Source: an uncultured candidate division Zixibacteria bacterium (GTDB lineage: Bacteria; Zixibacteria; MSB-5A5; UBA10806; 4484-95). Taken from it: a stretch of 64,000 bases of DNA. Every line of letters begins with the position of its first letter. Positions within the stretch are counted from its first letter, which is position 1. The stretch lies in the NCBI GenBank assembly GCA_963668625.2, contig CAXXKA010000006.1:224001-288000 (forward strand), given 5' to 3'. The position numbers were made by a program, and so were the translations under genes. Below the pieces are notes generated by a model. That model saw only the letters and a list, made by a program, of their open reading frames with translations, ran no database searches and was not told the origin of the DNA. Below are positions 9,771-19,075 of this stretch, piece by piece.

Positions 9771-10735
9771 TGGCCTTTACTCTGGACTCACTCAATATCG
9801 ATTGTGAGATAGTAACGAAGCAACTTATCGAATTCCTGCAGCAAGAAGTGTATGTAAAAATGAAACGCGGCGGCGCCGTAATTGGCACCTCAGGTGGTAT
9901 CGACTCAGCCGTGGTGGCGGCGTTATGCTCCAAAGCGTTCGGCTCGGATAAAATGCTGGGCGTTCTTTTGCCCGATAAGGATTCCTCACCCGATTCGGCG
10001 ATGCTGGGCAAGGAACTGGCAAGCACATTCGGTTATGATTATATCACTGAGGATATTTCAGATGGCCTTACCGGCGCCGGTTGTTACACCCGTCGTGATG
10101 AAGCTATAGCACGCGTGTTCCCCGAATACAAACACGGCTGGAAAGCCAAGATCGTGTTGCCGACGGATATCCTCGAGAAAAGCCGTTTTAACGTATTTCG
10201 CCTGACAGTTACGCCTCCCGGAGGCGAGCCCCAGACCAAACGTCTACCGGTAAAAGAATATTTGCAGATCGTAGCCGCCTCGAATATGAAACAGCGTATC
10301 AGGATGCTGACACTGTACTATCATGCCGAGCGATTAAACTATGCCGTGATCGGTACCGGTAACAAGAACGAGCATATGCAGGGCTTTTTCGTCAAATATG
10401 GCGATGGCGGCGCTGATATAAAGCCGATAGCTCATTTGTATAAAACTCAGGTGTTCCAGCTTGCCGAGTATCTCGGCGTGCCCGAGGGTATACGTTCGCG
10501 TACTCCTACCACCGATACCTATCCCGATGAGCAGACCCAGGAGGAGTTCTTCTTCGGTTTGAAATTCAAAACCATGGATTCGATCTGGTATGCCAAGGAA
10601 AACGGTGTTTCGCTGGAGGAGACCGCCAAGGTGACCGGTTACACCATCGAGCAAATACAGCGCGTGTGGGATGATCTCGATCAGAAAGAGAGAACCACCG
10701 ATTACCTGAGAATGGAGCCGACCGAGGTTAAATAG
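9770..10735 (+). CDS. nadE: NAD+ synthetase-like (NH3-dependent) amide synthetase
   Basis: PP-loop GTSGGIDSAVV, NMKQRIRM, GFFVKYGDG, HLYKTQV; translationally coupled to the ligase (TAATG). Confidence 0.85.
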   Translation: MAFTLDSLNIDCEIVTKQLIEFLQQEVYVKMKRGGAVIGTSGGIDSAVVAALCSKAFGSDKMLGVLLPDKDSSPDSAMLGKELASTFGYDYITEDISDGLTGAGCYTRRDEAIARVFPEYKHGWKAKIVLPTDILEKSRFNVFRLTVTPPGGEPQTKRLPVKEYLQIVAASNMKQRIRMLTLYYHAERLNYAVIGTGNKNEHMQGFFVKYGDGGADIKPIAHLYKTQVFQLAEYLGVPEGIRSRTPTTDTYPDEQTQEEFFFGLKFKTMDSIWYAKENGVSLEETAKVTGYTIEQIQRVWDDLDQKERTTDYLRMEPTEVK

Positions 10736-10759
10736 ATTACTTGATCAGATTAGTTCAAA

Positions 10760-10785
10760 GCCGCCTTTAACCGGGCGGTTTTTTT
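10760..10785 (+). terminator. Rho-independent terminator
   Basis: GCCGCC-loop-GGCGGT stem followed by a T run after nadE. Confidence 0.75.
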
Positions 10786-10908
10786 GTTGATATATTATTC
10801 ACTGGAGTTATGTAAGCTGTAATATTGACTTGTAGCAGATATTGGTTAAATTAATAGTGGAATAATGTTGTAAAAGATATTTTAACTTTGCTAAGAAAGG
10901 GTAAGATA

Positions 10909-12021
10909 TTGCGAACAATATATCTAGATGAGAGTGAATTTTCGCCTCCTAATAATTATATTGGTTATGGGGCCTTAGTTGTAGATAATAAGTTGACAGA
11001 TCAACTAATTATTAATGCAATTAATAGCTTAAAACAGGATAAAGATTCTTATAATAATAATCTCGACCAAAGGACTATTTCGAAAAATTATTTTCATGCA
11101 TCAGCAGATAGTAAAAATGGTCACTCACATTTATGTAGGCAAATTAGCAAATATATAGATGGAGAATTTTACTCAAATTATTTTGATCTAAAAATCATGA
11201 AGCAGAAAAAATACGACTCCAATATATTATTAAAACTATCCTCTAAGTTGAGTTCTATGAAAGCTTTAAATACTATAAATGAAGTAGATATTATTTTTGA
11301 AAGGCGGGATGGCTTAAGTAATGAATCTTTAAATAGATGGTTAGAGGAACTTGAGAATGATTTGATACTAACCACCTATGATCAACCTTATATGCCTAAC
11401 TATTTCCCCAAAGTTAATTTGATAATATCAGATAAAAATAATCCAGGTATACAGTGTTGTGATTTTGTTTTATGGGCTGTTAATAGGTTTGTAAATAATG
11501 ATAGTACTTGGATCGATCGTTTGGATTATAGAGTATATTGGTTTTGCGATATGAAGGATGGCGGATACGATTTTAGTATTTCACTTAATAAAGGTATAAA
11601 TGATATCGTATATAATTACTCAAAAAGTGATATTCCTAAAAACCCTGATAACTTAGTTAACCATGAGATGCTAATAAAATTCTATCTTTATGCTAATAAA
11701 ATAATTGAATATTATAGCATAAACAATATTCCAAGCTCAATAAAACATTTCCGCATGAATATTATAAAGCTTTATCAAAATAGGAATAATATTCAATTTC
11801 ACAACTACATAGATAATTTGTCAAGAATTTATTTAAAATTGTTTGATATGGTACCACTAATTGATGGTAATACTACGAAGGAGGATAAGGAATTTCTTTT
11901 ACTTTCCAAAAAGTATCTTGGCCTAACTCTTCGCCATGAACTAATAAACGGTGTGAGGACAAATCATTATTTAACAAAATGCAGATTAAACCAGATACAA
12001 AATAACATTAACCAGGAGTAG
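10909..12021 (+). CDS. DUF3800-like (RNase H-fold) protein with C-terminal extension; AT-rich, probably horizontally acquired
   Basis: IYLDES at the N-terminus, YFHAS, IIFERR and GIQCCDFVLW match the DUF3800 pattern (DES...FH...QxxD). Much more AT-rich than its neighbours. Likely TTG start at 10909 (ORF track start 10888). Confidence 0.6.
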   Translation: MRTIYLDESEFSPPNNYIGYGALVVDNKLTDQLIINAINSLKQDKDSYNNNLDQRTISKNYFHASADSKNGHSHLCRQISKYIDGEFYSNYFDLKIMKQKKYDSNILLKLSSKLSSMKALNTINEVDIIFERRDGLSNESLNRWLEELENDLILTTYDQPYMPNYFPKVNLIISDKNNPGIQCCDFVLWAVNRFVNNDSTWIDRLDYRVYWFCDMKDGGYDFSISLNKGINDIVYNYSKSDIPKNPDNLVNHEMLIKFYLYANKIIEYYSINNIPSSIKHFRMNIIKLYQNRNNIQFHNYIDNLSRIYLKLFDMVPLIDGNTTKEDKEFLLLSKKYLGLTLRHELINGVRTNHYLTKCRLNQIQNNINQE

Positions 12022-12237
12022 GTCAAAATCCCCGCGGTTTTGGCGACTTTATCTTAAAAAAGTATACGAGTCCCGTAGGTAAGCTTCACCTCAAAGAGAA
12101 ACGGAGAGGTTAGACTTACACTCTGCCGCAAGATAAAATCAGGTTAATCCCTTCGCTATCGCTCTGGATGAACCTGATCTACGATGAACCAGGAGTAGGT
12201 CAACCCCCCTGCGGTTTTGACAATCATATCATAAAAA
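12010..12237. repeat. Cluster of four GTAG-tipped hairpins (REP-like), including an imperfect ~50 bp direct repeat
   Basis: AACCAGGAGTAGGTCAA-n7-GCGGTTTTG at 12010 and 12187; GTAG + hairpin at 12075-12119; minus-strand GTAG + hairpin at 12138-12182. Confidence 0.75.
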
Positions 12238-12273
12238 CAATAAGATAAAAACAGAGTTATAGCAGATAGTTCT

Positions 12274-12906
12274 TTACTTATTAAACGGGAGAAAATCGTA
12301 AATAACCGGCACGAATGCTTTCTCGAAATGATCCAGCGCTTGCAGGCTTTGAGGATTATCCACGGCAACGAAACGCACGAAAGCGACATCCGTGGGGCGC
12401 AGTGTGAGTGAGCTGAGCATGGTGTAGAGCTTGAATTTGTAATCGTTGGCGGTTTCGCCTCGACGAGTTATATACCAGAAATCCATCACCTGCTTGTTTT
12501 CGCCCAACCTGAGATGAAAGCGGCTGCCGTTAATGATATATCCATTGATATTTATTTGCCTCGGCTCAGAACCCAGTATTGCCCATCCTGAACCCGGCAG
12601 GCAATTGCGGGGTGAATGCACACCGCCGGAGGATGCGCCGCCGCGGGCGAAATAGTCGAAAAATAGCTGAACCCGGTTGCCGGCGCTGTTGGCGTAGGTG
12701 GCATTGAAAAAGTGATCAGGATTGAGCATATCCAGAGTAGCCTGCTCGATAACATCCACCCTGCCATTCCAGCCCTGGTACTGTGTCGGGAATTGGTTCA
12801 AGTCCCTGACCTCATGACCGGCGGGTGCGATAAATTTGACAGCGTATGAGAAACCGAAAACAGCTACCAGTACGATAGCTATTCCGATGAATGTTTTCCG
12901 GGCCAT
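12274..12906 (-). CDS. epsI: EpsI family exosortase-associated protein
   Basis: N-terminal TM, FPTQYQGWNG, VHSPRNCLPGSGW, FWY; overlaps the end of the exosortase gene. Confidence 0.85.
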   Translation of the reverse strand: MARKTFIGIAIVLVAVFGFSYAVKFIAPAGHEVRDLNQFPTQYQGWNGRVDVIEQATLDMLNPDHFFNATYANSAGNRVQLFFDYFARGGASSGGVHSPRNCLPGSGWAILGSEPRQININGYIINGSRFHLRLGENKQVMDFWYITRRGETANDYKFKLYTMLSSLTLRPTDVAFVRFVAVDNPQSLQALDHFEKAFVPVIYDFLPFNK

Positions 12907-13736
12907 TTTAATATCGCTCCTAATATAAACATCATTATCATTGCCGTGAAAAATACTATCATGCCGGAAAGCTCGTGAAGGAAATCCTCGGCGAGTTTGG
13001 TGCTGATAGCGTACGCTCCAACGGCCGTAAACAGCAAGCGGATTATATTGGTAACAATCGCTATCGGGATGGTGGAAGCAAACAGGATAAGCGGCCGAAC
13101 TTTGCCGGGCAGAGTTAGATGACCGTATAACGCTCCCAGTGCCATCAGTGTTGCCAGGCTTCTAAGGCCGCTGCAAGCCTCGGCTACCTCCAGAGTGTAT
13201 TCGGGAAGGTATAAGATATTACCCTGACGAACGCAGGGCACGCCGATTATCCCCAAAAAATAATGAGTGGCTTTGGTGGCAAAGAGCTGCATAGGTAACG
13301 TGCCGGAATGATAGATTATAGCCGGTATCGGTATCATGAAAATCAAGAAGAAAAACGCGAACCAGACTTTCCTGAAATTAGATGCGCCAAGATAGTATAG
13401 CGATAATCCGGTGATAATCAGGACCAGCGCGAAACGGGTCGTAAAATACTCACTGGCAGCCACACCGAATATGAATCCCAGAGAACCGGCAGCTATCATC
13501 AGTAAACCGAATTTGCATACAGGGGCGGGAAATGTAAGCTCGTTGCGTTTGCGATATAGTAGGAATATCGAGATCGGGACAACGAGGAAACCATGCGAGT
13601 AGTTATCGTTGATATACCAATCATATATCAGGTCTTTGAACACCGGCAGATTTAACATTACTATCAAGCCCAGTAGGATATAGTAATACCGGTGGTTTTT
13701 GATATGCGTGGTTATTTCGACTCCCGATATATTCAT
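12879..13736 (-). CDS. Exosortase (EpsH family)
   Basis: Multi-TM protein with YSHGFLV, catalytic Cys in VAEACSGLRS, Arg in NIIR, His in FLHELSG. Start ATG 13736 after AGGAGA. Confidence 0.92.
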   Translation of the reverse strand: MNISGVEITTHIKNHRYYYILLGLIVMLNLPVFKDLIYDWYINDNYSHGFLVVPISIFLLYRKRNELTFPAPVCKFGLLMIAAGSLGFIFGVAASEYFTTRFALVLIITGLSLYYLGASNFRKVWFAFFFLIFMIPIPAIIYHSGTLPMQLFATKATHYFLGIIGVPCVRQGNILYLPEYTLEVAEACSGLRSLATLMALGALYGHLTLPGKVRPLILFASTIPIAIVTNIIRLLFTAVGAYAISTKLAEDFLHELSGMIVFFTAMIMMFILGAILKWPGKHSSE

Positions 13737-13817
13737 AGCATCTCCTAAAGAATACAATCGGATTGTATCTCGATATTCTTAATAACACAAGCTTAAATAA
13801 TGGAAAAGTGAGATCGA

Positions 13818-16109
13818 TTAGAATAAATACCTTATCCCGAGGCTGGGAATTATGCCCATATCATATATGAAACCATCGCTGGTGTTCATTATCGGGTTAT
13901 CATGATCAGTCACATTCAGAGCGCAGATATATAGCTCGAAACTCGAGAATTTGATATCCATGAAAAGATTGATATCGAAATTGATAGGAAACCGGTCGGT
14001 GTTTTCCAATGCCAGATATCGAGAGAAATAACCCTGATTATAGGGAGCGGAATCACCGGCTGAGAATATACCGTATGAGGGCGTATAAGCGTATCCCGAT
14101 CTGATATTGAATTCCGAGGAGAATGAGATGAAGCTGTTCAGGCGGTAGTCGAACCGGGCGTAGAACCGATGCGGAGATATCAGGTTAAATTTCTGTGTCG
14201 TGCCGAACGTGTATTTTCTGGCGTGCGTGTAACCGTAGTACAATTCGAGTGATAATTTATTGTCAAGAAAGTCCTCCAGTTCGAAACCTATATCGCCGCC
14301 GTAGAATTTCAGTTTATCGAGAGATTGCATGGTTAAAAACGATTGCTGTCCGATCATATCGAAATCAGGCGCGAGTACCGGCATATCATGAATTCTTTTA
14401 TCGAACAGGTTGATACTTACACTCCCTAGATTCAGATTCAACGATAATAGTCGGATGTTAATCGGTTTTAGACTTTCCCTGAAATCATGAATCAATACCT
14501 GGTATGGCTCGGTAAGCCTGTTAAGCGGGCTCTCGGAGTAAGTACCATATGCCAGCTTTAATCGGTATTCAGGCTTAAAATCGTATTTCATGGTAAACCT
14601 GTATGAGAGCTTGTTACTCTCGGATAAATTACCAAAATATTCCGACCTGATTCCCGATTCGATTTTCAATCGCCCGATTATTTTCTCATATGATACGAAG
14701 GAAGAGTTATTTACCTCGGATTGATAATCTTTATAATCGCCATATAGCCGGTTTAATTCATTCTGATAGATATAAGGATTATCACTGATATAATCGGGGG
14801 GTAAAAAATTCCAGTTTTGCTGTCTCAGATAAACCTCGCGTTTGGATGTCACCTCGAGACGATTTCCTATCACCAGTCTCGAGTCTGGATTTATGAACTC
14901 GATTTGAACTATACCCTGATGTATCTCGTGGTACGAATCGAGATCGACGAAAAACTCGTTTTCTTGTATTTCTCTATTGGGCTTAGCCATATAATTTTCT
15001 TTGCCCGCCCTGATACCATATCCGACTTTTATCAGTTTGTTATCATACAGTGATTGGAATCTCAAGCCCAGGAATGTATCATCGGTTTCCTGAGAGGTTT
15101 GCAGTCCGTTTGGATTGGCATTAGTCCGATCCGTAATGTAGTAAAGATAATCGCGGACATAATATTGGTCGAGGCAGAGCGAGGAATTTTCGGAAAATTT
15201 AATTCCGGTTGAAATGAAAAAATCCTGGAAATTGGTTGGTGGCAACCTCTTGTTCGTAGTCTGATTGTCGATTTTGTTTATTAGCTTATCCAGCATTGAT
15301 TTTCTTAATGAGGATATGATATAGAAATCATCCGTACCGGCCGAATACACGCCTGTAGCCTCGATAAATGATAAATTAAACTCGCCCTCCGAATGTTTTT
15401 CGAATCTTGATCGTGTGCTTAAATCGATAATGCTGGGTAGCGGATATTCACCGGTAGTACCCTGGGGATAGAATTTCAACTGGTCGACTATAGAGGCCGG
15501 GATTATGGTGAACATACCATAATGATTCGGATCGTAACCTATATCGAATCCATTGATATAATACCTGGGGCTGCTGCCGTTGACCCTGATTTTCGAGGAG
15601 TGATTGGAGCCCGATCTGGCCACCTGGGGCTGCTTGATTACCTGGATGGGATCGGTTCCTATAAGCGAATGCTTGGAATTGGAAATGATGACCCTGTTAT
15701 CTACCGCCATATCGGTAAATCGAGGTTGTTTTTGCGGCGTGACGATTATATTCGAGGTTCGAACCGGATTTGTTTTCAAGGATAGTACGATATTCGAGGT
15801 TTCGGCCGAGAGATCAATTGGCCGCGAGATGTTCTCGTATCCGATAGCTAATACCTCAAGGTCAATTTTCGTCGAGTCATCCCCAACGCCCCAAATAGTA
15901 AATAAGCCCGAGGTATCAGTGGAGGCGCCGGATATAACCTGATTGTTGATTTTAAGAAATACCGCCGCGCCGATTACCGGCTGACTATCCTCGTTTAGCA
16001 CTACACCATCTAGAACGAACGGCGCCGGGGCTGCAGCCAGAGCAGTCGAAAAACAGAGTACAGCATATAAGAGAATGAGGAAAAAAGCATCCGTTAATCT
16101 TGGCAGCAT
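13818..16109 (-). CDS. TonB-dependent receptor-like outer-membrane protein with carboxypeptidase-regulatory domain
   Basis: Signal peptide, GVVLNEDSQPVIGAAV, plug-like IRVNGS..YYINGF, C-terminal beta-signal SLGIRYLF. Confidence 0.7.
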   Translation of the reverse strand: MLPRLTDAFFLILLYAVLCFSTALAAAPAPFVLDGVVLNEDSQPVIGAAVFLKINNQVISGASTDTSGLFTIWGVGDDSTKIDLEVLAIGYENISRPIDLSAETSNIVLSLKTNPVRTSNIIVTPQKQPRFTDMAVDNRVIISNSKHSLIGTDPIQVIKQPQVARSGSNHSSKIRVNGSSPRYYINGFDIGYDPNHYGMFTIIPASIVDQLKFYPQGTTGEYPLPSIIDLSTRSRFEKHSEGEFNLSFIEATGVYSAGTDDFYIISSLRKSMLDKLINKIDNQTTNKRLPPTNFQDFFISTGIKFSENSSLCLDQYYVRDYLYYITDRTNANPNGLQTSQETDDTFLGLRFQSLYDNKLIKVGYGIRAGKENYMAKPNREIQENEFFVDLDSYHEIHQGIVQIEFINPDSRLVIGNRLEVTSKREVYLRQQNWNFLPPDYISDNPYIYQNELNRLYGDYKDYQSEVNNSSFVSYEKIIGRLKIESGIRSEYFGNLSESNKLSYRFTMKYDFKPEYRLKLAYGTYSESPLNRLTEPYQVLIHDFRESLKPINIRLLSLNLNLGSVSINLFDKRIHDMPVLAPDFDMIGQQSFLTMQSLDKLKFYGGDIGFELEDFLDNKLSLELYYGYTHARKYTFGTTQKFNLISPHRFYARFDYRLNSFISFSSEFNIRSGYAYTPSYGIFSAGDSAPYNQGYFSRYLALENTDRFPINFDINLFMDIKFSSFELYICALNVTDHDNPIMNTSDGFIYDMGIIPSLGIRYLF

Positions 16110-16131
16110 TTATACTCCTATATTACATTGC

Positions 16132-16185
16132 ACAAAAGGCATGCCAATTTGGAGCAAAATTCCTGCTATATGTAAAGTATTGTTT
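16132..16185 (-). promoter_or_regulatory. Possible sigma-54 promoter with upstream IHF site
   Basis: Minus strand TTGGCATGCCTTTTGT (-24 GG intact, -12 GT instead of GC) and IHF-like AAACAATACTTTA at 16173-16185. Confidence 0.35.
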
Positions 16186-16300
16186 AGCTGGATGTTAAGG
16201 ATATAGTACAAGAGCTCATAAACTGGAGCTGGGAGTTATATATGCAAAGGACATTATACTTTGTGAAAATATTTACTTAATGGTGGATATCCATAGCTAT

Positions 16301-16322
16301 GCCGCCGGATTTAACCGGCGGC
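16301..16322 (-). terminator. GC-rich hairpin downstream of the MMPL gene (terminator or REP-like)
   Basis: GCCGCCGG-ATTTAA-CCGGCGGC perfect 8 bp stem; no clear U-tract. Confidence 0.5.
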
Positions 16323-16348
16323 TGTTCTAACCAGCAATCATCGTCTTG

Positions 16349-19042
16349 CTACTGTAGTTTGCGACCCTTAAGCAATTTCACGAGTGATGGTAAAAACACT
16401 ATCGAGGTCATGAAGCAGGCGGCTACGCCGATTACCAAAAGCGAACCCAGGCTGGCGAAACCCCGGTATTTTGCCATCATGAGTGAACCGAATCCGGCTA
16501 TAGTGGTCAGCGAGGTTAGCAGTATCGCCCGGCCGGTGCTGCCCAGCACGGCTTTTAAGTTATTCCAGCCCTCGACTCTGAAGCGATGCATCAGGTGCAC
16601 CCCGTCATCTATACCGATACCGATTATCATAGGAATAGCCATGACATTTACCATCGTAAATTTGAGCCCGAATGAGGTCATCAAGCCAACCATCCAGATA
16701 GCCCCGGTGATAAGAGGAACCAGAGCGATTACAGCCAGCTTGAACTCCCTGAAATCTGCCCATAGCAACAAAAATACGACCACCAATGCCAGCAGGCTGG
16801 CCCATTTGCCGTCCTCGCCAATCAGGTACACGAGGCGAAGCATGAGTGGCGGCGTGCCGGTGATACTCTCGCTCAAACGCTGCATCTGATCGGTAAACCT
16901 GGCCAGGAATTTATAGTCCCATATTTGTTCTTTGGGAAAAATAGTCAGCAGGAATCTATCGCCTTTTTCATTTACATATCTGTTTTTGATATGCTCCGGA
17001 ATCATAGTCAAATCGATTTCCTCGCTGTTGGCCATACCGGTGGCCAGTTCTTTCATCCTGGGTTTGAATTGTTCCTGGTAATCATTCAGTCGTTTTATTA
17101 CTGTCCGGGGAGCAGTCTTTAATTTATCAGCCAATTCTAAAATGATACTCCGGCTTTTCTCGTTTTCTGGATCGCCTATTATCATCTTACATTTCGAGTC
17201 AACCTTATCCTGACCGCCCAGGAAAGCCATCTGACCCATCTCATATATGTTCATATCCAGACGTTCCAACTGCTCGACTATTCGCCCGATATTCCCTTCG
17301 GTAATCGGCTTTGATTTCGTAGAATTGTCTATTTGACTTTGAACCAATTCGATATACTTCGTTCGCACCGATTGTTGTTCGTTCGAGGGTAAATAATTCG
17401 TAATAGTTTCAACCATGCTCACGGAGGGCAGCTTCCTAGCATCCTCCGCGATTCGCCTCAGGCTGTCAAGCGAGGTCGAGGTCACCATAACGAAATCGGG
17501 ACTCAAATCGAATGCGTCAAGCATCGAATCCTGCAATGCCACCGAGGGTATGCCTTTGGGTTCCATGTTGAGATAATTATAATCGTATTTAGCCTCCAGC
17601 GCGAATATCAGCAGGATGATAGAAACGACGATCGAGCCGACCAATGTCATAACAGGTTTTTCCCCGATGAATTTACCGATAGAACCGAGGAATGAGAATT
17701 CGACCGGCCTGATCTTTTTAGAATCGAAAACTCTTCCCGAAATCCTCTCTCTTATTGCCAGCAAGGAGGGCAGCAAAAATACGGTCATCAACATGACCGA
17801 TATGATGCCCACACCCAATACCAGCCCCATCTCGAATATGCCTTTTGTATGGGAAATCATCAGGCTGAAAAATGCCACTGAAGTTGTCATCGCCCCGGTG
17901 ACAATGCCGGCGCCCGATTGAGCCAGAGCAGCCGACAGTGTGGAAGCTATATTCTCGTCGGCAGCATGCTTTTCGTAAAATAGTGATATAATATGAATCG
18001 AGAAATCGATACCCAGTCCAATCAGGATTACGGCGAACATGGCGGTCATCATGTTCAAACTGTCTACGAACAGCGAGATCATACCGGCGGCGAACATGAC
18101 GCTTAACATGAGATTCAAGCCGGCCAAAATAGGCGCGGAAATAAACCTGAACGCAACGATGAACAATATTAGCACGAGAATGAGAGCAACTATCGAGGTT
18201 TTGCTCATGTCCTCCTTGGAATATACCATCTCATCCCTGGCTAATGGAATAGTACCTGTCAAGCCAGCGTACAGGGAGGGATAATTTTCGAGCGTATTGT
18301 CGATCAACGCTTGTATCGTATCGGTAGAGGCGACACATTTATCGACATCAATTATATCGAAATTCGGATCGATGATTATCAACAGCATGCGCTTGTCATA
18401 TGATATGAGATAAGGATCGCCGATTAACAGCATGTTGGCTGTCTCGGCAGGGGAGGTCATGGTGTTTTGATCGTTCTCTATATAGCTATCGAGCGAGTTA
18501 ATAAAATATTGTAAACCATCAAGACCCGCAACCGCGCCGTCCTCTTTTTCCTTATCCGATAAACTCTCTTCATCTCCGATATAAACATCTTCGAAATTGT
18601 CATTGGTATGTTCGAGATAGCCCGCCAGGTTGAAATCGGAGAATAGATTGTTTTCTTGCATGTTGCGAAGGTCTTTTGTTTTGAGCAGCATTAAGCCATG
18701 CTTTTTATAAAAATCCTCCTCGAGCTTATAATTGATATGCTTGACATATGGTTCGAGCGCATTTATATGGGGTACGATCTCCTCGGCGAACGCTTTGGTT
18801 TTATCCTGGTCACCCACTACTACGACTATACTGTTGGCCGTACCGACATATTCCTCGCGGATTTTGTCGAACTCCTGAACCATTGGATCGCTTTTGGGCA
18901 TCAAATCCGACCATTGCATTTTGATCGAAAGACGTGAGGCCATCACAACCGAAAGCACGGCTATTACGATCGAAATGATGAAAATTTTCCAGGAATGACC
19001 GGCTGATAATTCTCCCCATCTGGATAGTATTTTTTCGCGCAT
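16349..19042 (-). CDS. MMPL/RND family (HpnN-like) lipid transporter
   Basis: Two repeats of TM + large periplasmic loop + 5 TM; GLGIDFSIH and GIGIDDGVH motifs. Confidence 0.9.
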   Translation of the reverse strand: MREKILSRWGELSAGHSWKIFIISIVIAVLSVVMASRLSIKMQWSDLMPKSDPMVQEFDKIREEYVGTANSIVVVVGDQDKTKAFAEEIVPHINALEPYVKHINYKLEEDFYKKHGLMLLKTKDLRNMQENNLFSDFNLAGYLEHTNDNFEDVYIGDEESLSDKEKEDGAVAGLDGLQYFINSLDSYIENDQNTMTSPAETANMLLIGDPYLISYDKRMLLIIIDPNFDIIDVDKCVASTDTIQALIDNTLENYPSLYAGLTGTIPLARDEMVYSKEDMSKTSIVALILVLILFIVAFRFISAPILAGLNLMLSVMFAAGMISLFVDSLNMMTAMFAVILIGLGIDFSIHIISLFYEKHAADENIASTLSAALAQSGAGIVTGAMTTSVAFFSLMISHTKGIFEMGLVLGVGIISVMLMTVFLLPSLLAIRERISGRVFDSKKIRPVEFSFLGSIGKFIGEKPVMTLVGSIVVSIILLIFALEAKYDYNYLNMEPKGIPSVALQDSMLDAFDLSPDFVMVTSTSLDSLRRIAEDARKLPSVSMVETITNYLPSNEQQSVRTKYIELVQSQIDNSTKSKPITEGNIGRIVEQLERLDMNIYEMGQMAFLGGQDKVDSKCKMIIGDPENEKSRSIILELADKLKTAPRTVIKRLNDYQEQFKPRMKELATGMANSEEIDLTMIPEHIKNRYVNEKGDRFLLTIFPKEQIWDYKFLARFTDQMQRLSESITGTPPLMLRLVYLIGEDGKWASLLALVVVFLLLWADFREFKLAVIALVPLITGAIWMVGLMTSFGLKFTMVNVMAIPMIIGIGIDDGVHLMHRFRVEGWNNLKAVLGSTGRAILLTSLTTIAGFGSLMMAKYRGFASLGSLLVIGVAACFMTSIVFLPSLVKLLKGRKLQ

Positions 19043-19075
19043 TATATATCTCCTGTTTATCTAAAATCCGTTACG

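Noticed and set aside
12010-12237. CRISPR array or integron attC array
   Set aside because: Only two imperfect repeats 177 nt apart, no cas or integrase gene, and no clear RYYYAAC/GTTRRRY pair bounding the hairpins.
16261-16278. Rex operator TTGTGAAAATATTTACTT
   Set aside because: The right half-site matches poorly and the downstream genes are not redox genes.
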